A stretch of DNA of 64,000 nt, taken from NCBI GenBank assembly GCA_046313635.1, contig JBKBYA010000002.1:416001-480000 (forward strand), in the 5' to 3' direction. The stretch is from Pyrinomonadaceae bacterium (GTDB lineage: Bacteria; Acidobacteriota; Blastocatellia; Pyrinomonadales; Pyrinomonadaceae). The translations under genes were made by a program, and so were the position numbers. Position 1 is the stretch's first letter. Each line of letters starts with the position of its first letter. Positions 1 to 9,324 of this stretch are shown in pieces. The notes beneath the pieces were generated by a model that was not told where the DNA came from, did not search any database, and saw only the letters and a list, made by a program, of their open reading frames with translations.

Positions 1-1
1 C

Positions 2-1339
2 AAGTTCGGCGACGAATTCGTCGCGACGACCGGCGCCCAAACCAGCGCCGTCTCGGTCGACGCCGACCTCGTCTTTGTCGGCTACGGCATCGACGCTCCG
101 CTGTACAAATGGAACGACTACAAGGGCGACGCGGCCGATTATCGCGGCAAGGTCTTGATGATCATGGTCAACGATCCGCCCGCGACCGACGACGAGCCTG
201 GGCTTTTTGGCGGCAAGGCGCTGACGTACTACGGCCGCTGGACCTACAAGTACGAAGAGGCCGCACGCAAAGGCGCCGCGGGCGTCATCCTGATCCACAC
301 GGACGAGTCGGCCGGCTACGGCTGGAATGTCGTTCGCACGTCAAACGGCAACTGGCGATACGAGATAGCGCGCTCGGCGGGCGATGCGACGCCTTTCCTG
401 CAGCTCAAATCGTGGGCGACGGACAAGGCCGCCAAAGAGATCCTCGACCAGGCGGGCCTCGATCTCGACGAGCTGCGAAAGGCGGCACGCAGCCGCGATT
501 TCAAACCGGTTAATACTGGGCTCAAGGTAAAGATCGATCTCAAGAGCGAGACCAAGACTTTCGATTCGCCGAATGTCGTCGGGATGGTGCGCGGCAGCGA
601 TGCGAGGCTGCGGAACGAATTTGTCGTTTACACCGCGCATTGGGATCACCTCGGCGTCGGCGAGCCGAATTCGAGCGGCGACCGCATCTACAACGGAGCG
701 TACGACAACGCTTCGGGCGTTGCGACTGTGCTGGCGATCGCAGAGACGCTGGCCCGGATGCCGCAAAGGCAGAGACCCAAGCGGTCGTTCCTTTTTCTCT
801 TTCCAACCGCCGAAGAGCAGGGCCTGCTCGGCGCCGAATATTACGCCCGGCACCCGCTCGTCCCGCTCAGCAGGACAGTCGCGAACGTCAATATCGACGG
901 CGTGAATTTCTTTGGCAAGGTGAGCGATATGATGCCGCTCGGAGCCGACCGTTCGACGCTGATGGCGCCGATCAAGGCTGCGGCCGACGAACGCGGGCTC
1001 ACCCTCGAGGGCGACGCACGGCCCGAGCAGGGATTCTTTTTCCGCTCGGACCACTTTCCTTTTGCAAAGGTCGGCGTGCCCGCGGTGTCGCTGCAGCACG
1101 GCGACAGCTTTATCGAGCCGCTCAAGGGCGAGGCGGCGAGCTTTTTCAAGGACTACAACGCGAAGTACTACCACCAGGCGACCGACGAGTATCACGACTG
1201 GTGGGACATTTCGGCAATGGTGCAGGAGGCCGAATTCGCGCTCGCGATCGGAATGCGGATCGCCAACGACCGCGTGCGGCCGCGATATAACGAGACAGAC
1301 GAATTCTCGGCGGCCGACCGGGCGAGATTCAAAAAGTAG
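2..1339 (+). CDS. M28 family metallopeptidase with PA domain (5'-partial)
   Basis: Frame open from position 2 (KFGDEFVATTG...LVFVGYGI); motifs TAHWDHLG, NGAYDNASG, TAEEQGLLG, RSDHFPF, YHQATD. Confidence 0.9.
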   Translation, partial: KFGDEFVATTGAQTSAVSVDADLVFVGYGIDAPLYKWNDYKGDAADYRGKVLMIMVNDPPATDDEPGLFGGKALTYYGRWTYKYEEAARKGAAGVILIHTDESAGYGWNVVRTSNGNWRYEIARSAGDATPFLQLKSWATDKAAKEILDQAGLDLDELRKAARSRDFKPVNTGLKVKIDLKSETKTFDSPNVVGMVRGSDARLRNEFVVYTAHWDHLGVGEPNSSGDRIYNGAYDNASGVATVLAIAETLARMPQRQRPKRSFLFLFPTAEEQGLLGAEYYARHPLVPLSRTVANVNIDGVNFFGKVSDMMPLGADRSTLMAPIKAAADERGLTLEGDARPEQGFFFRSDHFPFAKVGVPAVSLQHGDSFIEPLKGEAASFFKDYNAKYYHQATDEYHDWWDISAMVQEAEFALAIGMRIANDRVRPRYNETDEFSAADRARFKK

Positions 1340-1408
1340 GATCGCCGCAGCCGAAAAGTGTAGTCGTGGATAAAATCGAAGGTCCACGCTACACTTTTAT
1401 CTTTTGAA

Positions 1409-3514
1409 ATGAAGACCTTTTACGTCACAACTCCGATCTATTACGCCAACAGCCTGCCGCACCTCGGCCATCTCTACACGACGATCGTGGCCGACGCGAT
1501 CCAGCGTTACAAAAAGCAGCGCGGCTTTGAGACGTATTTCCTGACCGGAACCGACGAGCACGGCATCAACATCCAGCGGGCGGCGGAGAAGAACGGCCGC
1601 ACGCCAAAAGAACAGGTCGATTTTATCTCGGGCGAGCTGAAGCGGATGTTTCGCGACTTTGGCCTCGACGGCGAGCACGGCGGCTACGACATTTTTATGC
1701 GGACGACCGAGCCGTTTCATTACGAGGGTGTGCAGCACCTCTGGCGTGAGATCGCAAAGAGCAAGACGCCGAAAGGCAACGACCCGATCTACAAAGGTTT
1801 TTACGAAGGCTGGTTTTGCGCTCCGTGTGCCGCGTACAAGACCGAGGACGAGTATTACACCGCCGAGGGCTCCGACGTGCCGCTCTGCAAGATACACGAG
1901 CGGCCGCTCGACCGAGTGAACGAGGAAAGTTACTTCTTCAGGCTGTCGGATTACGACGAGTTTCTGATCGATACGATCGAACGCGACGCGTCGCTCGTGC
2001 GGCCCGAAGCTCGACGCAACGAGGTGCTGTCGTTCGTCAAGCGCGGCCTTCAGGATCTGTCGATCAGCAGGCTGCGTTCGTCGGTCGCCTGGGGCGTGCC
2101 GGTGCCCGACGACGACGATCACGTGATGTACGTGTGGCTCGACGCGCTGTCGAATTACGTTACCGCGATCGGCTACGGCAATACTGAGCGGGCCGGTATC
2201 GGCTTTGAAAAATACTGGCCAACGGCAGTGCATCTCGTCGGCAAGGACATTTTGCGGTTTCATACCGTGTACTGGTTCTCGTTTTTGCACGCGGCGGGCC
2301 TGTCGCTCCCCAAGACCGTCTTTGCCCACGGAATGTGGCTCGACGCCGACGGGCGCAAGATGGGCAAGACGATCGGCAACGTGATCGAGGTCGATGTGCT
2401 GCACCGTCACTTTCAGGTCGACGCGGTCAGATATTTTGTGCTGCGCGAGATGGTTTTTGGGCAGGACGGGAAGTTCGGCTACGAGACGCTGATCGACCGC
2501 GCAAACTCTGACCTCGCCAGCGGCCTCGGCAATCTCGCCGCGCGCACGCTGTCGATGATCACAAAGTATCGCGACGGCCGCGTGCCCGACGGCAAGATCG
2601 CCGAGGAGAATTACATTCACGCGCGGCGGGCCGGAGTCGACCCGGACGGGCAGGAGATCGTCTCGGTGATCGGCCACGCGCGGGATGCGTTTATCAGGCA
2701 TTTTGATAATTTCGAATTCAGCCAGGCGTTAGAGGTCGCGTGGACCGTGATCGCCCGGGTCGACAAGCTGATCTCGGACGCGAAGCCCTGGGGGCTCATC
2801 AAGGACGAAAAGCAGAGCGAGACGCTGAACGCCGTTCTATACCGCGCATCCGAGACGCTTCGCTGGCTCGCCGTGATGCTCTATCCGGTGATGCCGGCGT
2901 CGGCTCAGGAGATCTGGAGCCAGCTCGGACTCGCGGGCAAGGCCGCTGATGTCGACCCGGCGACGCTCGCGTGGGGCGAGCTTGCCGCGGGCACCGCGAT
3001 CGGCGAATCGAAGGCAGTTTTCCCGCGCCTCGACAAAAACAAGATTATGAGTGAGATAAAGCAAGACGCTGAGACGCAAAGAGAGGGCGAAGCGCCGACC
3101 CAAAGTGCGGGCGACGCAGCGCCGGCCGTTGCGACAGATGCGAACAACGAACAACGAACAACGAGCGAAGAAACCGACTTCATCACCATCGACGACTTTT
3201 TGAAGGTCGAACTTCGCGTCGGCGAGATCAAGGCCGCCGAGCGGATACCCAAGGCCGACAAGCTGCTCCGCTTCGAGATCGACCTCGGCGAAGAAAAGCC
3301 GCGGCAGATACTCGCCGGCCTGGCCGAATACTACGAGCCCGAAAAGCTCATCGGCCGCAAGGTCGTCGTCGTCGCCAATCTCAAACCCCGCAAGATGCGC
3401 GGGCTTGAATCGCAGGGCATGATCTGCGCCGCGTCGCTCGAGGACGGCACCGGCGAAAAGCCTGCGATCGCGACCTTCATCGAGAATGTGGATATCGGCG
3501 CCCGTCTGAAATAG
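1409..3514 (+). CDS. metG: methionine--tRNA ligase with C-terminal tRNA-binding (OB) domain
   Basis: YVTTPIYYAN-PHLGH (HIGH-like), GTDEHG, GKDILRFH, KMGKT (KMSKS-like), C-terminal ITIDDFLKVELRVG...NLKPRKMRG. Confidence 0.97.
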   Translation: MKTFYVTTPIYYANSLPHLGHLYTTIVADAIQRYKKQRGFETYFLTGTDEHGINIQRAAEKNGRTPKEQVDFISGELKRMFRDFGLDGEHGGYDIFMRTTEPFHYEGVQHLWREIAKSKTPKGNDPIYKGFYEGWFCAPCAAYKTEDEYYTAEGSDVPLCKIHERPLDRVNEESYFFRLSDYDEFLIDTIERDASLVRPEARRNEVLSFVKRGLQDLSISRLRSSVAWGVPVPDDDDHVMYVWLDALSNYVTAIGYGNTERAGIGFEKYWPTAVHLVGKDILRFHTVYWFSFLHAAGLSLPKTVFAHGMWLDADGRKMGKTIGNVIEVDVLHRHFQVDAVRYFVLREMVFGQDGKFGYETLIDRANSDLASGLGNLAARTLSMITKYRDGRVPDGKIAEENYIHARRAGVDPDGQEIVSVIGHARDAFIRHFDNFEFSQALEVAWTVIARVDKLISDAKPWGLIKDEKQSETLNAVLYRASETLRWLAVMLYPVMPASAQEIWSQLGLAGKAADVDPATLAWGELAAGTAIGESKAVFPRLDKNKIMSEIKQDAETQREGEAPTQSAGDAAPAVATDANNEQRTTSEETDFITIDDFLKVELRVGEIKAAERIPKADKLLRFEIDLGEEKPRQILAGLAEYYEPEKLIGRKVVVVANLKPRKMRGLESQGMICAASLEDGTGEKPAIATFIENVDIGARLK

Positions 3515-3523
3515 GTGTAAGCG

Positions 3524-3809
3524 TTGCTCAAAGAGATTCGAGTGGGACGAGAGGAAAGCCTCTGCTAACGTCCAGAAACATGACGTCAGCTTTGAAGAGG
3601 CCGAAACGGTCTTTGGCGACCCTCTCGCCAGAATATTCGAGGACGACATCCACTCGATCGGCGAGCGGCGGCACGCCATCTTTGGCCATTCCGCTCAGGG
3701 CCGACTGCTTCTGGTGAGTTACGCCGAGCCTGGAAATGATATTATTCGAATCATCAGCGCTCGGGCCGCAACGCCGAAAGAACGGCGGCAATATGCAAAT
3801 AGAACTTGA
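3524..3809 (+). pseudogene. BrnT-family toxin; frame lacks an in-frame start codon (apparent +1 frameshift just after a TTG)
   Basis: Hand translation from 3537: FEWDERKASANVQKHDVSFEEAETVFGDP...GERRHAIFGHS...IRIISARAATPKERRQY, stop TGA 3807-3809; no ATG/GTG/TTG in frame between the upstream stop at 3507-3509 and the conserved N-terminus. Confidence 0.75.
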
Positions 3810-4017
3810 CGAGAACGAAGATCTGCAGCCGGAATACGATCTGGATTTCACCAAGTCCAGACCGAACTGCTTCGCCGACGAATATCGAAAGATGGTGCGC
3901 CGCGTTGGTCTCGAGCCCGACCTTGCCGAGGCCTTCCCGACCGACGAGTCGGTCAACGAAGCACTTCGCGACTACATCCGAATCTCGCGCGAAAAACCGG
4001 AATTACCTACCAGATAG
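3793..4017 (+). CDS. BrnA-like antitoxin
   Basis: MQIELDENEDLQPEYDLDFTKSRPN...LEPDLAEAFPTDESVNEALR; ATG overlaps the 3' end of the BrnT-like frame. Confidence 0.75.
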   Translation: MQIELDENEDLQPEYDLDFTKSRPNCFADEYRKMVRRVGLEPDLAEAFPTDESVNEALRDYIRISREKPELPTR

Positions 4018-4817
4018 TGTTAGTCGATTCTCACTGCCACATTGACGGCGAGCAGTTTGACGCCGATCGCGACGAGGTTGTCGCTCGGGCAAAGGATGCC
4101 GGAGTGGTCGCGATGCTGAATGTCGGCACGGGCGACCCGCACTCGGACGATCTTAGAAACGCGGTCGCGGTCGCCGAAAAGTACGACGGCGTATATGCGA
4201 GCGTCGGCGTGCACCCGCACGATGCTAAGCTTTACGACGACGCGGCCGAGGCTCACCTTGTCGAACTCGTGCGGTCGTCGAAAAAGGTGATCGCGTGGGG
4301 CGAGATCGGGCTCGATTTTTATTACGACCACAGCCCGCGTGACGTGCAGGTAGATGTCTTTCGCCGGCAGATCCGCAAGGCACGCGAGCTCGATCTGCCG
4401 ATCATCATTCACAGCCGCGACGCGGACGACGAGACGGTGCGGGTCTTGAAGGAGGAATGCTCGCGTGACGATTTTCGCGGCGGCATCATGCATTGCTTTG
4501 GCGGGTCGGCAGCGATGGCGAGAGAGATACTCGAGCTGAATTTCCTGATCTCATTCGCCGGGAATGTGACCTTCAAAAAGGCGGAGAATTTGAGAGACGC
4601 CGCGCGCGCGGTCCCGCTCGACCGGATGCTCATCGAGACCGATTGCCCGTTCCTGACTCCGGTGCCCTTTCGGGGCAAGCGCAACGAGCCGGCGTACGTC
4701 GAGCACACGGCGCGGTTTCTAGCTGAGCTGCTCGCGGTCGATGCGGAAGATCTCGCTCGGCGGACGACCGCGAATTTTTTCGAGTTCTTCAAATTGGAAA
4801 ACAGACTCGCGGCCTGA
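4017..4817 (+). CDS. tatD: TatD family hydrolase
   Basis: DSHCH, GVHPH, GEIGLD, IIHSRDA, HCF, ETDCPFL motifs. Confidence 0.95.
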   Translation: MLVDSHCHIDGEQFDADRDEVVARAKDAGVVAMLNVGTGDPHSDDLRNAVAVAEKYDGVYASVGVHPHDAKLYDDAAEAHLVELVRSSKKVIAWGEIGLDFYYDHSPRDVQVDVFRRQIRKARELDLPIIIHSRDADDETVRVLKEECSRDDFRGGIMHCFGGSAAMAREILELNFLISFAGNVTFKKAENLRDAARAVPLDRMLIETDCPFLTPVPFRGKRNEPAYVEHTARFLAELLAVDAEDLARRTTANFFEFFKLENRLAA

Positions 4818-4857
4818 CCAGATCAGCACGGCCGCGCGTGCTAACATCTACGACGCA

Positions 4858-5355
4858 ATGGCAAAGGAAAATTCATTCGACATCGTTTCAAAGACCGACT
4901 ACGCCGAGGTTACGAATGCGATCAATCAGACGACCAAAGAGGTCTCGCAGCGCTTCGATTTCAAGGGCAGCAGCGCAAAGGTCGAGCTCGTCGGCAAAGA
5001 CCTGATCCTCTCGGCGGAGGACGAGACGAAGCTCCGCAACGTCAACGACATCCTGCAGAGCAAGCTCGTCAAACGCGGCGTCTCGCTCAAGGCGCTCGAT
5101 TATCAAAAGGTCGAGCCCGCGGCCGGCGGCACCGTGCGGCAGACGGTCAAGATCCAGCAGGGAATTCCGGGCGACAAGGCCAAAGAGGTCGTAAAGGCGA
5201 TCAAGGACTCAAAGCTCAAGGTGCAGGCTTCGATCCAGGGCGAGACCGTGCGCGTCTCGGGCAAAGACCGCGACACTCTCCAGGAAGTGATCTCGCTGCT
5301 GAAAGCCAAGGATTTCGGCATCGATATGCAGTTCGACAACTACCGCTCAAACTGA
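4858..5355 (+). CDS. yajQ: YajQ family nucleotide-binding protein
   Basis: SFDIVSK, RFDFKG, KVQASIQG, RVSGKDRDTLQ, QFDNYR; start taken at ATG 4858. Confidence 0.93.
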   Translation: MAKENSFDIVSKTDYAEVTNAINQTTKEVSQRFDFKGSSAKVELVGKDLILSAEDETKLRNVNDILQSKLVKRGVSLKALDYQKVEPAAGGTVRQTVKIQQGIPGDKAKEVVKAIKDSKLKVQASIQGETVRVSGKDRDTLQEVISLLKAKDFGIDMQFDNYRSN

Positions 5356-5362
5356 TCGTCAG

Positions 5363-6382
5363 ATGCAGAGATTCGCACCAGCAAGAGAAAGCATCTTTCC
5401 CGAGGCGGTGGCCCGCCGCGTATTCAAGTTGATCAGCGATGAAATGTCGGCGGTCGAGGACGAGTACGAGCGGCAGGTGCATTCCAATATTCAGGTGATC
5501 AGCTATCTTGGCGACTACTTGCGGGCCTCGGGCGGCAAGCGCGTGCGCCCCGCGCTGCTGATCCTCGCAAACTATGCCGCCGGCGGTCGCGGATCGGACG
5601 ACAACGTCATTCGTCTGGCGACGGTGATGGAGATGCTCCACACGGCGACGCTCGTGCACGACGACATCATCGACAACGCCGATACTCGGCGCAGCCGTCC
5701 GTCGGTAAATGCGAGATTCGGCAATCAGGCCGCGGTGCTGATGGGCGACTGGCTGTATATGTCGGCCTTTGAGACCTCGCTCCGCGAAAGGTCGCTGCAG
5801 ATACTCGACATTCTCACGACCTTGACGCGCAAGATGACCGAGGGCGAGCTTTTGCAGCTGACGATGCTGGGGCGGTCAGACGTGACGCAGGCCGAGTACT
5901 TCGACGTGCTGCAGCGTAAGACGGCGTATCTATTTTCGGCGTGTGCAGAGATCGGGGCCATACTCGCGAGGGCCGACCAGCAGCGGCAGCGGGCATTGCG
6001 CGATTACGGTATGAATCTTGGGATCTCGTTTCAGCTTGCCGACGACCTGCTCGACCTCACATCCGACGCGACGGCCCTCGGCAAGGCCGCCGGCGCCGAC
6101 CTCGTCGAAGGCAAGGTCACGCTGCCTCTCATACTGCTCCGTGAACGGCAGCCGTCCATCAAGTCAGACATCGAGCATGTGATGGAATGCGGACTCTTTG
6201 AAGGGGCGTCGAGAAACCGCATAAACGAATCTCTTGTCGAGCACGGAATAATTGACGAGGTACGTGAACTCGCGTACGACTTTGCGGCCAAAGCCGGGAA
6301 AAATCTTGATGTTTTACACGAATCGGAGTATCGTACTGCACTGGGCGATATCCCTTATTTTGTGGTCGAAAGAAACCGCTGA
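5363..6382 (+). CDS. polyprenyl diphosphate synthase (IspB/HepT-like)
   Basis: GGKRVRP, HTATLVHDDIID (first aspartate-rich motif), RKTA, FQLADDLLD (second), EGKVTLP. Confidence 0.93.
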   Translation: MQRFAPARESIFPEAVARRVFKLISDEMSAVEDEYERQVHSNIQVISYLGDYLRASGGKRVRPALLILANYAAGGRGSDDNVIRLATVMEMLHTATLVHDDIIDNADTRRSRPSVNARFGNQAAVLMGDWLYMSAFETSLRERSLQILDILTTLTRKMTEGELLQLTMLGRSDVTQAEYFDVLQRKTAYLFSACAEIGAILARADQQRQRALRDYGMNLGISFQLADDLLDLTSDATALGKAAGADLVEGKVTLPLILLRERQPSIKSDIEHVMECGLFEGASRNRINESLVEHGIIDEVRELAYDFAAKAGKNLDVLHESEYRTALGDIPYFVVERNR

Positions 6383-6434
6383 TACGTCAATAAAGCTGCA
6401 TACGCCCTGACCTTCGCAAGCCCGCATCTAAGCT

Positions 6435-7064
6435 ATGTTGGACGAAAACCTTATAGCGACACTTGAGCAAAGCCTCCGGCAGACTCGCAACGCACAGAAC
6501 CGTCTGATGGCAAGGCTGCGCGAAGTGGAGAATGAGGCCGAACACCTGCGTCAGGAGATCGAGGCCCTCGAGAACAGCGCCGCGCAGACCGAGCAGGCGA
6601 TCGACAGTCTGCTTGTCACGATGCGCGCCGGCAGCCGTTCGCTCAATCTCGGTCGCACGCTGCGTATCGAGGACGAACTAGACGCTCCTGTCGAGCCGCG
6701 AAGGCCGGTAACGAATCATGGCCGCGGCCGCGGCACGGGTGGCGGGTATTCGCAGAGCGGATCGGTCAGCTACTTTAATCAGAATCGCAACGTCCCCTCG
6801 ATCTCGTCGCGGACCGAGCCGATCAGTCATCGCTTTAGCGACCGAACGATCACACAGGCCTGTACTCTCTTGCTCCGCGAGGCCGGCCGGCCGATGCACG
6901 TCAACGAACTTTACAATCTGCTTGTCGCCGGCGGAATGAAGTTCAAGGGCAACAATCCAACGATCTCGATCGCGGTCTCGCTTAACCGCAATCGTCGATT
7001 TCGCAAAGTGGATCCGGGAACTTTCGACCTCGTGATCCGCGAGGCCTCGCAGGCTGCTTCTTAA
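6435..7064 (+). CDS. hypothetical protein: N-terminal coiled coil and C-terminal winged-helix-like domain
   Basis: Heptad-rich N-terminus, G/S/R-rich linker, C-terminal LLREAGRPMHVNELYNLL...SIAVSL...FRKVDPGTFDL resembling HARE-HTH-type winged helices. Confidence 0.65.
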   Translation: MLDENLIATLEQSLRQTRNAQNRLMARLREVENEAEHLRQEIEALENSAAQTEQAIDSLLVTMRAGSRSLNLGRTLRIEDELDAPVEPRRPVTNHGRGRGTGGGYSQSGSVSYFNQNRNVPSISSRTEPISHRFSDRTITQACTLLLREAGRPMHVNELYNLLVAGGMKFKGNNPTISIAVSLNRNRRFRKVDPGTFDLVIREASQAAS

Positions 7065-7187
7065 GCCGACATCACTGAACGATACGAGATTCAAAGGGCG
7101 TTCTTACCTTGTCTAAACAGTTAAAATGGGTAAGAATGCCCTAACTATTTTTAGTCGACCGGGCCGCCGGCGACCACCAAGAAAAGG

Positions 7188-9239
7188 ATGAGATCTATTC
7201 GCATTTTTTTGACCGCCGCGCAAATGGCTCTGGCGGTCCTCTGCCTCGGGGCCGCCGACGCAGCCGCCCAGCGCGTCGCTCTGCGCTCGCAGATCACGCC
7301 GAACTGCCCGTCGTCGGCCTCGCCGACCCGCTGGAAGTTTGCCGACATCTACGGCGACGGCAATATCGCGGTGCAAGGTTCGTACGGGTGCCGCGGAGCG
7401 TTCATCTACGACATCTCAAACCCGGCCTCGCCGGTGCTGGCGAGCTGGTACAATCCGGGCTCGAACATACAATTCCTCGAAGCGATCGTGATCGGCAACC
7501 GGGGCTACTTCGGGGCTGGCAACAGCAACGGCGGGGTCCATATCGTCGATCTTTCAAATCCATACAGCCCGCAGCTGCTGGGCATCGTCAACTCGACCAA
7601 CGGAAACGGCCATAACATCATTCACGAAATGATGGTTTTTGATCAGAACGGCGCCCGCTACCTAGTCGAGAATTACAATCTGCTCAGCAGTTCGCAAAAG
7701 ATCATCAAGTTCATAAACGTATCCAATCCGGCGGCGCCGGTCTTCAAGTGGGACCTTAACCCGACCGACACGACGTGGGTGCATGCGATGCACATCCGCG
7801 GCAACCGAATGTACCTCTCGGGCTGGGGCGGCCGCATCGACATCTACGACATCAGCAACCTCGCGACACAGGCGCCGACGCTGCTGGGAACCATCGTCGG
7901 CAATTCGACCAATCACAGTACGTGGACGAGCGAGGACGGCCGGTATCTCTACTCTGCCCGCGAGACCACCGACGGCGACCTGAGGGTGTACGACGTGCAG
8001 AATCCGCAGCAGCCTCTGCTCGTAAAGAGCATCCGCGCCGGTGACTACGCACTCAATGCGATCACGCCGCACAATCCGGTCGTGATGGGCAACAAGCTCT
8101 ACGTCTCGTGGTACCAGGCGGGCGTTCAGATCTTTGACATCTCGAATCCGGCCAATCCGGTACGGATCGGGCAGTACGATACCTACTCACCGACGTTTGC
8201 CCAACCCGTCGAAGAGAAGCAGCTGATGGAATCGGCCGGGCCCTGGGATATCGCATGCGGCGATCCCGAGTTCAGGTCGAGCCTCCCGACCAGCTATGAC
8301 GGCAACTGGGCCGTCTATCCGTTCCTTGGTGAAGACAAGGTCCTGCTCGGCGACTTGACCAACGGCCTTTTGATCGTCGACGCGTCGCGGATCGCGACGC
8401 CGAAGAATGTCGTTTCGGATTTTGACGGCGACCGCAAGACCGACCTTTCCGTCTTTACCCCCGCAAACGGCGCATGGACGATCGAGAGCAGTTCTAACTC
8501 GTCGAGTTGGAGTCCGATCTGGGGGATCGCGACCGACGTGATCACGCCCGGCGACTATGACGGCGACGGCAGATCGGATGTCGCGGTCTGGCGGCCCGGC
8601 AACGGCGCCTGGTACGTGCTCAACAGTTCGGGCGGCGTAACGATCGCTCAGTTCGGTATGAACGGGGACATCCCGGTCGAGGGCGACTACGACGCCGACG
8701 GAAAGACCGATCTGGCGGTCTATCGACCGTCCACGGGTGTTTGGTACATGAATCAGAGCACGCTCGGCTTCCGCGCGGTCCAATGGGGCGCCGCGGGCGA
8801 CAAGCCTGTGGTCGGCGATTACGATGGCGACGGTAAGACGGACCTCACCGTTTTTAGACCGTCGAGCGGGGTCTGGTATGTTCTGCAGAGCTCGTCGAGC
8901 ATCGCGCTTTATGCGAGCTGGGGCGCAAGCGGCGACAAGCCGGTCGAGGGCGACTTTGACGGCGACGGCAGGACCGATTTTGCCGTCTACCGGCCGTCGG
9001 AGGGAATTTGGTACATATTGCGCTCGTCGACAGGCTCGCTGCTCGCGGCGACGTTCGGACTTGCCGAGGATATGCCGATCGCGGCGGATTATGACGGCGA
9101 CGGCCGCGCCGATATCGCGGTATTCCGACCGTCGACCAGCACCTGGTACAGGCTTAACAGCAGCGACGGAGCGTTCTACGCTCGCGTCTTTGGTCAGACG
9201 GGCGATCAGCCGGCGCCCTCGGCGGCGCAGCCGCAGTAG
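7188..9239 (+). CDS. secreted protein with LVIVD-type repeats and C-terminal FG-GAP-like repeats
   Basis: Signal peptide; repeated (I/V)YDISNP-x-P; six D(F/Y)DGDG(K/R)xD repeats. Confidence 0.85.
   Translation: MRSIRIFLTAAQMALAVLCLGAADAAAQRVALRSQITPNCPSSASPTRWKFADIYGDGNIAVQGSYGCRGAFIYDISNPASPVLASWYNPGSNIQFLEAIVIGNRGYFGAGNSNGGVHIVDLSNPYSPQLLGIVNSTNGNGHNIIHEMMVFDQNGARYLVENYNLLSSSQKIIKFINVSNPAAPVFKWDLNPTDTTWVHAMHIRGNRMYLSGWGGRIDIYDISNLATQAPTLLGTIVGNSTNHSTWTSEDGRYLYSARETTDGDLRVYDVQNPQQPLLVKSIRAGDYALNAITPHNPVVMGNKLYVSWYQAGVQIFDISNPANPVRIGQYDTYSPTFAQPVEEKQLMESAGPWDIACGDPEFRSSLPTSYDGNWAVYPFLGEDKVLLGDLTNGLLIVDASRIATPKNVVSDFDGDRKTDLSVFTPANGAWTIESSSNSSSWSPIWGIATDVITPGDYDGDGRSDVAVWRPGNGAWYVLNSSGGVTIAQFGMNGDIPVEGDYDADGKTDLAVYRPSTGVWYMNQSTLGFRAVQWGAAGDKPVVGDYDGDGKTDLTVFRPSSGVWYVLQSSSSIALYASWGASGDKPVEGDFDGDGRTDFAVYRPSEGIWYILRSSTGSLLAATFGLAEDMPIAADYDGDGRADIAVFRPSTSTWYRLNSSDGAFYARVFGQTGDQPAPSAAQPQ
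8416..9160 (+). repeat. six intragenic FG-GAP-like (DxDGDGxxD) coding repeats
   Basis: DFDGDRKTD, DYDGDGRSD, DYDADGKTD, DYDGDGKTD, DFDGDGRTD, DYDGDGRAD; boundaries approximate. Confidence 0.8.
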
Positions 9240-9262
9240 CCCGGATCACGCTCGGATAATTC

Positions 9263-9305
9263 AGCCCGGAGTCGTGCGGCAAGGCCGTTTGACTTCGGGC
9301 TTTTT
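9263..9305 (+). terminator. intrinsic terminator overlapping the downstream promoter
   Basis: AGCCCGGAGTC...GACTTCGGGCT followed by TTTT. Confidence 0.6.
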
Positions 9306-9316
9306 GCTTTTATCAT
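9289..9316 (+). promoter_or_regulatory. sigma70-like promoter, probably leaderless transcript
   Basis: TTGACT-N16-TATCAT, ending 8 nt before ATG 9325. Confidence 0.55.
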
Positions 9317-9324
9317 TGCTGCGT

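Noticed and set aside
8416..9160. DNA-level repeats as a mobile element or diversity-generating cassette
   Set aside because: Fully explained by in-frame FG-GAP-like protein repeats; no reverse transcriptase nearby.
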